DNA of 64,000 nt from a virus: IMG/VR virus record IMGVR_UViG_3300009182_000042, positions 20,053-84,052 of that record. One strand, written 5' to 3'. Numbering within the stretch: the first letter of the stretch is position 1; each line of letters begins with the position of its first letter. The notes under the pieces were generated by a model. It was given only the letters and a program-made list of their open reading frames with translations. It did no database searches and was not told the DNA's origin. A program made the position numbers and the translations under genes. This document shows, in pieces, positions 34,812-43,878 of this stretch.

Positions 34812-37580
34812 ATGAACATCAACTTGAATAGAATTGCCAAGGATCTGTACGGTAAGATCGAAACACGATTTAGCGACATCAAAATCGGTGATGAAAATGC
34901 CGAAGTTTTAAGTAAAAAGACAGATATTCCCGAAGCACGTTTCTTTGAGTTTGAGTACAAGCACAATGGTGTTCCTTTAGGCACAATTACAATTACACTG
35001 GATGAAGATGACGGTGTAGTTGTACAAATCAGCGGAAACTTAGCTGAGAAGAAACACCCAGGCGCTTTTAAATTTATTCGTGGTCTACGACAATTTGCTA
35101 AAGACAGATTACTGAACTTTGATGTACAAAACATCGGCAAAGATAATTTAGACAAACGTGATTATGAATTTCAAGCCAAACCCAAGGAAGAAACGATGGA
35201 CCCGATTATGGAAAGTAAACTATATGGTACTAATAAAATAAGTTACCAAGATTTAGGAGAAGCTAGACTAGTAATCAAACACAGTCAGCCTGTTAACCTT
35301 GATCTAGCCGCTGGCCGTACAATGCATATCGAAGGCATTTACATTGAAAATACAGAAGGCGAACGTTTCCGTTATCCATACAAACATCTTAATGGCGCTC
35401 GCGCACTAGCAGAACATATCAAACACGGTGGCAATCCTTATGATGCTATTGGTAAACATATTTGCGGACTGAGTGAAGAACTGGCACAACTGCGCAAGTT
35501 CAAAGGATATGTTGGTCGCAATGAAGCATTATCAGAAGCAATGGGCGACATTACTAGTAAAGTATTTGAACGTATTGAACAAGTTAAAAAAGAAGTCAAC
35601 ATGCTACAACGTAGCAGTTATTACGAACAATTTGCAGAGTCATTTGAAGATCGTGAAGAACAAATGATTCCAGAAGATATCATGAGTGACTGGATTGATC
35701 GATTGACAATCCGCACATTTAATGAAGAATTAAAAACAGCGTTTCCTTACATCTTTAAACTGGTAAGTGAAACTGATATTCCAGTCAAAAACATATCGCC
35801 TGATGAAATGTTAGACGAACTGCGCTCAGAAGAAAAAGACAAAGACGGCAAAGTGATTCGTTGGAAGGAAGAAGGCGAGTGGAAAAAATCTGAAAAGAAA
35901 GATCCTAAAGGTAAGATTTTTAACCTAAGCGACAAAGCTCGTCGCGAAACAGAAAAGATGTCTAAAGAAGTTTCTGAAGGCGGCTGGACCTTACCACCGG
36001 CAGACGCTAGCCCAGAAGAAGCAGATGCTATAATGAAAAAGAATCAAGCTAGTCAAGATTATATTAATAAAACTGTTAGCCAAAATATGAATCAAAAAGA
36101 TTTAGGCGATGGATTTATGTTAACCTCTATTGATGCATTTGGTGAACAACGCTCTGCCATCTTAGATACCCAAAGCAATACATATTTTATACTCAATTTA
36201 ACTAAAGATGGTTCGGCTATTGCTAGGACTCCTGCGACTTATCTTACTATAAAAGATGGAAAAACAGGATCAAGCATGGGTGGGCCTAAAACTAATGCGG
36301 CATTTGAAAAAGCAGGGTTGACTCGAGCGAAGCCAACTCCACCAACACAACCAGCCGCACCGACATTGGAAGATCAGTTTGAAAGTTTCTTGGATGGCAT
36401 TGTCAACGAAGACGAAAGTGATCAAGAAGGCCATAACACATTGTTCAGTAAAGATGTAAGTGTACGAACACAAGCTATTGAAAATTTAAAAGATGCGTTA
36501 GGCAATGAAATGCTCACTGTGCAAACAGCACCAGACGAATTAAAATCCTTGTTGCCCATGGATCAATTTCAAGAATATCTAGAAGATCAGGATCAGGATG
36601 CCGGCCCAGAAGTGGTCAAGAGTCTTGTGGTGAATTACTTGAACGATTTGTCAGACGGCAAACTTGACAATCCGTTGCTGGGTCACAACGCCGCAGAAAT
36701 CGCATCCATGATCATTGATCAAGTGAAACTTACTGACGTTGACAAAGATCTACCACAGGATCTACCACCAGCAGATGCCGGCACACCTGCTCCACCCGCA
36801 CCAGCACCGGACATGGGTGCAATGCCTCCACCAGCACCGGACATGGGTGCAATGCCTCCACCAGCACCGGACATGGGTGCAATGCCTCCACCAGCACCAG
36901 GAGCACCTCCTCCGTTACGCGAAGGGCAGTTGGCCAAGATGAAAGCCAAATTCATCCGTGCCAAGGAACAAGGTGCCACGTTGGAAACCACCATGGACTT
37001 TGGTGACAGAGAATTGACACTGCATGATGCCATGAAAGAGTGTGGAATACGACCACATGATGTGGGATTCAGCAACGGTGATGAAGGTGTACAAGAAATA
37101 TTGCAAAGCATAAGCGGATTCTATAATAGAAATGTCACAGAAGGCAATTTCACTATTGGCGGTACTAGAGTAAAGACCAAAATAATAAAAGCCTACAAGA
37201 ATGGCGAATACGAACATGCTGATCCAGCAGACGTGAGAAAAGTATGCAAGTTAGTTGACAAACTGGATCCTCCCAGCAGTACAACGGGCGCATTATCACA
37301 TATTAAAAAGCTGGCTGGGTTAAATAGTACTAGTTATAGTATGGCCGAAGATCCTGAAGAGTTCAATTTGGATACCATGTTGAAACAGTTAACCGCTTTA
37401 CAGAACAATCCTCAGGCACAGGACCAGCTGGGACAACAGTTGAAACAAAAGTTCGCTACTGATATAGCGCCAAAGATGCAGGCACAGATGCCTAATCAAA
37501 CAGTGGAATTTCCTGGAGGTCAGATGAACCCACAGGAAATGATGAAAGCTATCATGCAAAAAATTTCGCAGAGTCAATAA
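34812..37580 (+). CDS. Large hypothetical late protein with a Pro-rich repeat
   Basis: Start moved to ATG 34812, 4 nt after GATAAATA. Conserved-looking N-terminal half (GERFRYPYKHLNGARALAEH), acidic/Pro-rich C-terminal half. Confidence 0.6.
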   Translation: MNINLNRIAKDLYGKIETRFSDIKIGDENAEVLSKKTDIPEARFFEFEYKHNGVPLGTITITLDEDDGVVVQISGNLAEKKHPGAFKFIRGLRQFAKDRLLNFDVQNIGKDNLDKRDYEFQAKPKEETMDPIMESKLYGTNKISYQDLGEARLVIKHSQPVNLDLAAGRTMHIEGIYIENTEGERFRYPYKHLNGARALAEHIKHGGNPYDAIGKHICGLSEELAQLRKFKGYVGRNEALSEAMGDITSKVFERIEQVKKEVNMLQRSSYYEQFAESFEDREEQMIPEDIMSDWIDRLTIRTFNEELKTAFPYIFKLVSETDIPVKNISPDEMLDELRSEEKDKDGKVIRWKEEGEWKKSEKKDPKGKIFNLSDKARRETEKMSKEVSEGGWTLPPADASPEEADAIMKKNQASQDYINKTVSQNMNQKDLGDGFMLTSIDAFGEQRSAILDTQSNTYFILNLTKDGSAIARTPATYLTIKDGKTGSSMGGPKTNAAFEKAGLTRAKPTPPTQPAAPTLEDQFESFLDGIVNEDESDQEGHNTLFSKDVSVRTQAIENLKDALGNEMLTVQTAPDELKSLLPMDQFQEYLEDQDQDAGPEVVKSLVVNYLNDLSDGKLDNPLLGHNAAEIASMIIDQVKLTDVDKDLPQDLPPADAGTPAPPAPAPDMGAMPPPAPDMGAMPPPAPDMGAMPPPAPGAPPPLREGQLAKMKAKFIRAKEQGATLETTMDFGDRELTLHDAMKECGIRPHDVGFSNGDEGVQEILQSISGFYNRNVTEGNFTIGGTRVKTKIIKAYKNGEYEHADPADVRKVCKLVDKLDPPSSTTGALSHIKKLAGLNSTSYSMAEDPEEFNLDTMLKQLTALQNNPQAQDQLGQQLKQKFATDIAPKMQAQMPNQTVEFPGGQMNPQEMMKAIMQKISQSQ
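36801..36898 (+). repeat. 30-bp tandem repeat x3 plus partial copy (PAPDMGAMPP)
   Basis: CCAGCACCGGACATGGGTGCAATGCCTCCA exact at 36801, 36831 and 36861; partial at 36891. Confidence 0.95.
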
Positions 37581-37591
37581 GGAAAAGAATT

Positions 37592-38470
37592 ATGAAAAAA
37601 ATAACAGAACAACAACTGATACAATCAGCAAGAAGATTACGAACTATCGTTAGAGAAGCTGATGATGATGCACCAAGTGCAACAGCTGGCCCCAAAGATG
37701 ATAAACCTATAAACTATGATACGCTTGGCAATTATGTTGGCGGTGCCACTGGCACCTTTGCAGTCAGCGCTATCGCCATGCGAAGATATTGGCCTGCCGC
37801 GGCAGCATTCATTGAAAAACTTGCTCAGAGAAATATTTGGGGGAAAGCATTAAAGTATGTAGCACTACCGACTCTTGGGTGGTTGGTGGGGTCTGGCTAC
37901 GGAAAAGGTGCTGGAGTAGATGTGGACGATTGGAATCAAACTATTAAAGATGTGGACCATTCGCTTGGTATATCAGGTATTCCTTTTAAACCAGACTGGA
38001 TTGCCCCAGAGCTAAACCTAGCCAAATACCAAGGAAAATCTGCACAAAAAAGCACCAGCTCGGGTGTGTGGGTGGTATTAGATTCGGCGGGCCTTAAAGG
38101 AAAAATACCAACTCCAACAGTTGATAGATTGCTGGATTTGAATATAAGAATACGAGACAGTGCTCAATCGGTAGCATTATCAGAGCAACTGTTGCTTCAA
38201 ATGGCGCAAGGAAAAACTACTGCGCAGACTCCAAACGGCGGCTGGAAGATTACAATAGCTGATCACGTAAATGCATTGTCAAAAGGCAATCCTACTCTGC
38301 GAGATCGACTGTATGATGACTATGTGAAAGAGCATCCAGAAGACACAACAACAGCAACTAAGAAGGCTACGTTTAAACCAGAGTATAAACCAGCGGCACA
38401 GCCGAATGGTCAGCAAAATGATGTTGCTACTCCAGCACCTGTTGTTCAGGGTTTTCCAGGTAGACAATAA
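37592..38470 (+). CDS. Hypothetical protein (possible ejected/internal virion protein)
   Basis: MKKITEQQL...IVREA N-terminus; two Gly/Ala-rich hydrophobic stretches. Confidence 0.5.
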   Translation: MKKITEQQLIQSARRLRTIVREADDDAPSATAGPKDDKPINYDTLGNYVGGATGTFAVSAIAMRRYWPAAAAFIEKLAQRNIWGKALKYVALPTLGWLVGSGYGKGAGVDVDDWNQTIKDVDHSLGISGIPFKPDWIAPELNLAKYQGKSAQKSTSSGVWVVLDSAGLKGKIPTPTVDRLLDLNIRIRDSAQSVALSEQLLLQMAQGKTTAQTPNGGWKITIADHVNALSKGNPTLRDRLYDDYVKEHPEDTTTATKKATFKPEYKPAAQPNGQQNDVATPAPVVQGFPGRQ

Positions 38471-38472
38471 GT

Positions 38473-40596
38473 ATGGCAAAACTTTATAAAATAGTTGTGA
38501 CAAGTGTGGCAGACGGCGGCCACATTCAGACTTATGATAATGTTCAGCCACCATATCCAGAGCCCGCAGCCGTAAAGGCTGATATTGAAAAAAATTATCC
38601 CAAAGCCCGTTGGGTGAAAGGTATCAATATTAATTATGTTGAAATACCATCAGGCAATAATCAAGAAACTAATGATAATGGTAGAGCTGCCGAAATTGCT
38701 CGACTTGAGGCATTGATACCAGATAGCGAAAAAACTGATCTTGGCGACAGAAAGGTCCCGGTGACAGCAGTTAATCCACAGTCAAGTACAAATCCAAAGT
38801 CAACATTTAAACGTGGTCTCGCTGAACTTGCATATGAAATAAATCAAGGTGAGACCTCTATAGAGAAATTGCTGTCACGTTCTAGCACCCGAGGATGGGA
38901 CGAAGGTGATATAAATCTTCTGGTAAAATACAACCTAATCAAAGACACTAGAACCGGGTCCAACAACAGTAGCGCCAGAACTTGGAAACCAGGAACAGTG
39001 GGACGTGGCATGTCTGGTGATGAGGTCACGGCCTTACAGACAAATCTAATTGCCGGTGGATTTTTAGCTCCACAGAAAAATGGAAAAACGTCTGCTGACG
39101 GCAATTTTGGCACAGATACCGAAACCGCAGTAAAGGCGCTTCAGAAAAAACTAGGGTTTACAGGCGATGCAGTTGATGGTGCATATGGTAAAGATACCAA
39201 AAAAGCAGTAGAAGCCAACCCTGCTATATTTAAATCAGCTAGAGAGAAAGCAATTGACGCACTTGAAGCCAAATTTCCCCAAGGCCAACAGATCTCTACA
39301 GGCAAACCACCAAAATTGATTCCTCTAACAACTGTTGCCGACTGGGACACGGTGGAACCAAAACGTACATACGCCCGCATGCTTGCAATATGGGCCTATT
39401 CGATAAATCAAGATCTAAAAACAGTGGACGAATTTGCTAAGTCCTGGGGCGAATCCTCCTTGGAACTGCTTATAAAAAACAACCTGATCGATCCTGCCAA
39501 AGACACTAGACAAAAAAAATCTAATACCAGCAGTAATGGTAATACCCTTCAAATGATAATCGATCCGGCTGAAATTGCTAGACTAAACGGAAATAAAACT
39601 CAAGCAGACCAAATTAATAGATTTAGAGAATTAATTGACAAGGCCAGTACTGGCGCTCCTATACAAGAAAATCGAGATCCTGCCATATACTTTTTACACA
39701 AAATAAAATTGCTTGAAGGTATACTGCATGAAGGGATAACTCCTGCCGAAGTTCTAGAACTGGAAGATCTAGCCCAAAAATTAGGCCAGCAAGGTGCTGA
39801 AAACAATCCAGAATTGGTTAAATTGATTAATGTATATAATGGATTGAAAGCTAACGGCACTATTGCGGCCAATACTATAAAAGCACCAGCACCACCAGCA
39901 GACGGTGCGGCGGCTAGTGCAACTACGGTTGCGGCAAACGGTGCTGCCGCAACTCAAAGCTCATCGGAAGAAGATCGACGAGCTGAATCTCAAAAATTCG
40001 CAGACGAACGAGAAGCAGCCGCCGCTCAAAAATCTGCCATGGCACTTATTAGAAGTAGGGTCGTAAGTCGTTATGAAGTACCACCAGGTAAGACTGTGAT
40101 TGGCAAAGAAGACGGTGTGTTCTATTATGGCGATTCAAACAATAGAGATGCTGGTAGTACTGACACCAGCACCGGTAGAGCAATAAGCATGGCCATGTAC
40201 AAACAAGGAACAAACTTTGTGGACCAGCCACTGAAAGATGCCATTGCCAAGTGGCCACAGATAAAAATAGTGCAGTATGTCAAACCCGCAGGGCTGGGAT
40301 TTTGGAAAGGCATGCAGGCCGCACCTACCGGATCTGCAAGTATAAAAGGGTGGGTAGCCGATGGAAACGGCACGGCTATCGATCTTGGAATTACTGATGC
40401 AGACCGCGCTACTGCACCAAAAAATCCAGATAGTTCTGTAAAACTCGGCGACCCCGGCGCCAAAGTAGATGCAACGACACCACTAAATCCAGATGGTTCT
40501 GTAAAATTAAATACATTTTCTAAAGACGTAAAAGAGTCAGTTGGTTTTCAACCAGACGAATTAAACCGTATAGTAAGTTTAGTGCATTATAGATAA
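38473..40596 (+). CDS. Peptidoglycan-binding-domain-containing protein
   Basis: RGMSGDEVTALQTNL...ADGNFGTDTETAVKALQKKLG...VDGAYGKDT is a PG_binding_1 signature. Confidence 0.75.
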   Translation: MAKLYKIVVTSVADGGHIQTYDNVQPPYPEPAAVKADIEKNYPKARWVKGININYVEIPSGNNQETNDNGRAAEIARLEALIPDSEKTDLGDRKVPVTAVNPQSSTNPKSTFKRGLAELAYEINQGETSIEKLLSRSSTRGWDEGDINLLVKYNLIKDTRTGSNNSSARTWKPGTVGRGMSGDEVTALQTNLIAGGFLAPQKNGKTSADGNFGTDTETAVKALQKKLGFTGDAVDGAYGKDTKKAVEANPAIFKSAREKAIDALEAKFPQGQQISTGKPPKLIPLTTVADWDTVEPKRTYARMLAIWAYSINQDLKTVDEFAKSWGESSLELLIKNNLIDPAKDTRQKKSNTSSNGNTLQMIIDPAEIARLNGNKTQADQINRFRELIDKASTGAPIQENRDPAIYFLHKIKLLEGILHEGITPAEVLELEDLAQKLGQQGAENNPELVKLINVYNGLKANGTIAANTIKAPAPPADGAAASATTVAANGAAATQSSSEEDRRAESQKFADEREAAAAQKSAMALIRSRVVSRYEVPPGKTVIGKEDGVFYYGDSNNRDAGSTDTSTGRAISMAMYKQGTNFVDQPLKDAIAKWPQIKIVQYVKPAGLGFWKGMQAAPTGSASIKGWVADGNGTAIDLGITDADRATAPKNPDSSVKLGDPGAKVDATTPLNPDGSVKLNTFSKDVKESVGFQPDELNRIVSLVHYR

Positions 40597-40829
40597 TAAG
40601 GAAATATCATGCCAGTAATATTAACATCAGAAGTATCATTCCAAGGATTGCAAGCCGCTTTGACGCAAGCAAGGGCGTCTCTTGATAAAGTCTATCAGAT
40701 ATCATCAGCCCTCCAAGCAAGAGCAAGTAAAGCAGAACAAAATACACAGGCTCCAAGCAGTGTTGATCTTGGAATTACTGATGCAGACCGCGCTACTGCA
40801 CCAAGAAATCCAGATGGTTCTGTAAAACT
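40381..40829 (+). repeat. 65-bp direct repeat shared by two adjacent genes
   Basis: 40381-40445 and 40765-40829 differ at 2 positions; a 22-bp sub-copy lies at 40485-40506. Confidence 0.9.
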
Positions 40830-40884
40830 TGAAAGTTTTGAAGAAAGCATTGCCGAAATGCGCAGGATCGCTGGACTGAGATAA
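40609..40884 (+). CDS. Small hypothetical protein
   Basis: AAGGA SD; contains the duplicated DLGITDADRATAP.NPDGSVKL; ends EMRRIAGLR. Confidence 0.6.
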   Translation: MPVILTSEVSFQGLQAALTQARASLDKVYQISSALQARASKAEQNTQAPSSVDLGITDADRATAPRNPDGSVKLESFEESIAEMRRIAGLR

Positions 40885-40920
40885 TTGAGTAAACCGCTCA
40901 CATTTAGAGCATAATTTCTC

Positions 40921-40949
40921 TTGCTTTACTAAATAAAAGTGCGTACAAT
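40921..40949 (+). promoter_or_regulatory. Sigma70-type promoter TTGCTT-N17-TACAAT with TAAATA inside the spacer
   Basis: Upstream of the ssDNA-binding protein gene. Confidence 0.55.
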
Positions 40950-41025
40950 AACATGTATGCACTTTTTGTTTTACAGGGTGTAAAACAATATTAGGCAAAC
41001 AAAGGCATATTTAAGGAGAACAATT

Positions 41026-41997
41026 ATGGCATCTTTGGCTGAAATTAGAGCAAAACTAAAGGCATCTGAACAACGTGGTTCGGAAAACAAATCCGGTGGG
41101 GACAAATCAATTTACCCATTCTGGAATCTAAAAGAAGGCGGCGAATCTACACTTAGATTCTTACCAGACGGTAACGCTGACAACACTTTTTTCTGGGTAG
41201 AACGTGCAATGATCAAATTGCCATTCGCCGGAATCAAAGGTGAAAGCGAAAGCAAATCAATCACGGTACAAGTACCCTGCGTGGAAATGTATGGCGACAC
41301 TTGCCCAATCTTGAGTGAAGTGCGTGGCTGGTTCAAAGACCCTGCACTGGAAGATATGGGTCGTAAGTACTGGAAAAAACGCAGTTACATTTTCCAAGGT
41401 TTCGTCGTTGAAGACGGACTTGGCGAACAAGCAAGTGACATTCCAGAAAATCCAATCCGCAGATTCATTATTGGTCCACAGATTTTTCAATCAATCCGTG
41501 CGGCCTTGGTGGATCCAGAATTGGAAGACTTGCCAACTGACTTGGTGCATGGCTTGGACTATCGCATGAAGAAAACTTCCAAAGGCGGCTATGCTGACTA
41601 CTCAACTTCCAGTTGGGCACGTCGTGAGCGTCCTTTGAGTGATACAGAAAATGCGGCTGTCAAAACGCATGGTTTGTATAACTTGAATGACTTCTTGCCC
41701 AAGAAGCCAGGTGAAGTTGAACTCAAGGTCATGAAAGAAATGTTTGAAGCAAGTGTTGACGGCGAACCATATGACATGGATCGTTGGGGACAATACTTCA
41801 AGCCAGCAGGTATGAGCCAAAATACTGGTGATCCTGTCAAGTCAACTCCTAAAGCTACAGCACCTGTAGCGCATGACGAAGATGATGCTCCAGTGGCCAA
41901 AGCGGCTCCTGCTCCCAAGGCAGCAACTGCACCAGCTGGTGGCGAATCACGTGCCGAAGATATCTTGGCCATGATCCGTAATCGTCAAAAAGCATAA
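41026..41997 (+). CDS. Single-stranded DNA-binding protein (T4 gp32-like)
   Basis: LRFLPDG, VPCVEMYGDTCPI, YWKKRSY, GGYADYSTS, Ala/acidic tail; first gene of the uvsX-uvsY block. Confidence 0.85.
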   Translation: MASLAEIRAKLKASEQRGSENKSGGDKSIYPFWNLKEGGESTLRFLPDGNADNTFFWVERAMIKLPFAGIKGESESKSITVQVPCVEMYGDTCPILSEVRGWFKDPALEDMGRKYWKKRSYIFQGFVVEDGLGEQASDIPENPIRRFIIGPQIFQSIRAALVDPELEDLPTDLVHGLDYRMKKTSKGGYADYSTSSWARRERPLSDTENAAVKTHGLYNLNDFLPKKPGEVELKVMKEMFEASVDGEPYDMDRWGQYFKPAGMSQNTGDPVKSTPKATAPVAHDEDDAPVAKAAPAPKAATAPAGGESRAEDILAMIRNRQKA

Positions 41998-42000
41998 TGT

Positions 42001-42018
42001 AAAGGGCTTCGGCCCTTT
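42001..42018 (+). terminator. cUUCGg hairpin / terminator
   Basis: AAAGGGC-TTCG-GCCCTTT, a T4-style UUCG tetraloop. Confidence 0.75.
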
Positions 42019-42043
42019 ACTCATCATTTAGGAGAATTAACTT

Positions 42044-43102
42044 ATGGCCACAAAAGCCTTCGATTTATCGAAATTTAGAAAGACCTTGACCAAATCAATT
42101 GATGGTCTCGGTGTTGGATTCAACGATCCAACAGATTGGATCAGTACCGGTAATTATACACTTAACTACTTGATCAGTGGTGACTTCCACAAAGGTATTC
42201 CTTTGGGCAAGGTCACTGTGTTTGCTGGTGAGTCGGGTGCAGGTAAAAGTTTTATCTGTTCAGGCAATCTAGTACGCAACGCACAAGCACAGGGCATCTA
42301 TGTTATCTTGATTGACACAGAAAATGCACTGGACGAAACATGGCTACACGCACTTGGTGTAGACACAAGTGAAGAAAAACTTCTTAAACTCAACATGGCC
42401 ATGATCGATGATGTGGCTAGAACCATTCATGAATTCATGAAAGAGTACAAAGAAATGGCAGAGCGTCCCAAAGTCTTATTTGTCATAGACTCATTGGGTA
42501 TGTTGCTTACCCCTACTGACATTAACCAGTTCCAGGCTGGTGACATGAAAGGAGACATGGGCCGTAAACCTAAAGCACTCACAAGTCTTGTTCGCAACTG
42601 TGTGAACATGTTTGGCAGTTACAATGTGGGCATGGTATGTACAAACCACACCTATGCATCACAAGACATGTTTGATCCGGATGACAAGATCTCGGGCGGA
42701 CAAGGCTTTGTGTATGCAAGTTCTATCGTTGTTGCCATGAAAAAACTCAAACTCAAAGAGGATGAGGATGGCAATAAAATAAGCGAGGTAATGGGCATTC
42801 GTGCATCATGCAAGATCATGAAGACTCGTTACAGCAAGCCTTTTGAAACTGTGCAAATTAAAATTCCATATGAAACTGGTATGAATCCTTATAGCGGCAT
42901 GGTGGACATGTGCGAGAAGGCAGGCTTGTTGAAACAGGAAGGCAACAGACTCAAGTGGATTGATCCAGAGACAGGTGAGGAATTCAAATTCTATCGAAAA
43001 GAATGGAAAGATGATAAATTAGATATGATAATGAATAAATTTCATATCAAAACTTTGACAACAACTACCATTCCTGAGGAGATAGAAGATAATGTTGAAT
43101 GA
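42044..43102 (+). CDS. uvsX: RecA-like recombinase
   Basis: ISTGNYTLNYLISG, Walker A GESGAGKS, IDTENA, VIDSLG, NHTY, SGG.G..YASS. Confidence 0.93.
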   Translation: MATKAFDLSKFRKTLTKSIDGLGVGFNDPTDWISTGNYTLNYLISGDFHKGIPLGKVTVFAGESGAGKSFICSGNLVRNAQAQGIYVILIDTENALDETWLHALGVDTSEEKLLKLNMAMIDDVARTIHEFMKEYKEMAERPKVLFVIDSLGMLLTPTDINQFQAGDMKGDMGRKPKALTSLVRNCVNMFGSYNVGMVCTNHTYASQDMFDPDDKISGGQGFVYASSIVVAMKKLKLKEDEDGNKISEVMGIRASCKIMKTRYSKPFETVQIKIPYETGMNPYSGMVDMCEKAGLLKQEGNRLKWIDPETGEEFKFYRKEWKDDKLDMIMNKFHIKTLTTTTIPEEIEDNVE

Positions 43103-43322
43103 ACAACAAGTCGGTGACATCTGGGTGTTCTTTACCGAATTTATTGAAAAGAAACAGTTAGAAACTGCGGCAGAGAGATATGTTGATCTACTTGCTGACT
43201 TTGGCACAACAGACAGAGTCATGCAAGGTGCGATTGGCATCGATCCGGTACTAGATCAAGCAATCGAATACTACATGGATGAAGAATCTGACGAAGACGA
43301 CGTTGACGAATTGGAGTTTTAA
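43092..43322 (+). CDS. Hypothetical acidic protein
   Basis: Overlaps the uvsX stop and is coupled (TAATG) to uvsY. Confidence 0.6.
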   Translation: MLNEQQVGDIWVFFTEFIEKKQLETAAERYVDLLADFGTTDRVMQGAIGIDPVLDQAIEYYMDEESDEDDVDELEF

Positions 43323-43777
43323 TGGGCTGGTATTCTAGTGTAGCTAAAGACATTTCTAATATACCCGATGCGGCAGAATATTTTGAAACTGAATTACTGG
43401 TGGCAAAATCTGAATGTCGTGTTAGTGGCAATATCGAACGTGCCGCGGCCGCAATGCCCGGTGTGGTTGAACAGAGATTCAGTCAACTACAGGAAATTGA
43501 AGCTATATTAGAATATCTCAACATTGAATTACGAAGATTGAAAAGCAGTCACTTTCGCAAATATCTCGAAAACTATCAACGTGCTCTCAGCAGTAGAGAT
43601 TGTGAACGCTATGTTGAGGGTGAGTCGGATGTTGTTGACTTTGAAAAAATCATCAACGAATTTGCCTTGCTACGCAACAAGTGGTTGAGCATAACCAAGG
43701 CACTGGATCAAAAACAATGGATGATTACCAACATTGTTAAATTGCGTGTTGCAGGCATGGAAGATTCCAGTCTCTAA
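43322..43777 (+). CDS. uvsY: Recombination mediator
   Basis: 151-aa helical protein after uvsX with KYLENY...YVEGE.D...KALDQKQW.I.NIVKLR.AG. Confidence 0.75.
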   Translation: MGWYSSVAKDISNIPDAAEYFETELLVAKSECRVSGNIERAAAAMPGVVEQRFSQLQEIEAILEYLNIELRRLKSSHFRKYLENYQRALSSRDCERYVEGESDVVDFEKIINEFALLRNKWLSITKALDQKQWMITNIVKLRVAGMEDSSL

Positions 43778-43800
43778 TCAATTCTCCCAAAATCATCACC

Positions 43801-43834
43801 ATAGGCCTTAAATAATACTGAGGCCTATTTTTTT
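43801..43834 (+). terminator. Rho-independent terminator
   Basis: ATAGGCCTTA-loop-TGAGGCCTAT followed by a T run. Confidence 0.7.
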
Positions 43835-43842
43835 CTAACCGG

Positions 43843-43871
43843 TTGACCTTTGAAAATAGTAAGCGTATACT
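43843..43871 (+). promoter_or_regulatory. Sigma70-type promoter TTGACC-N17-TATACT
   Basis: Same hexamers as the 23942 promoter; ATG 43879 lies 7 nt downstream. Confidence 0.7.
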
Positions 43872-43878
43872 TAAACAT

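Noticed and set aside
36801-36898. CRISPR-like array
   Set aside because: The 30-bp units are contiguous with no spacers and lie in frame in a gene; no cas genes.
43807-43814. CTTAAATA late promoter inside the terminator after uvsY
   Set aside because: Lies in the hairpin arm/loop in AT-rich DNA, and the sigma70 promoter just downstream already explains the next gene.
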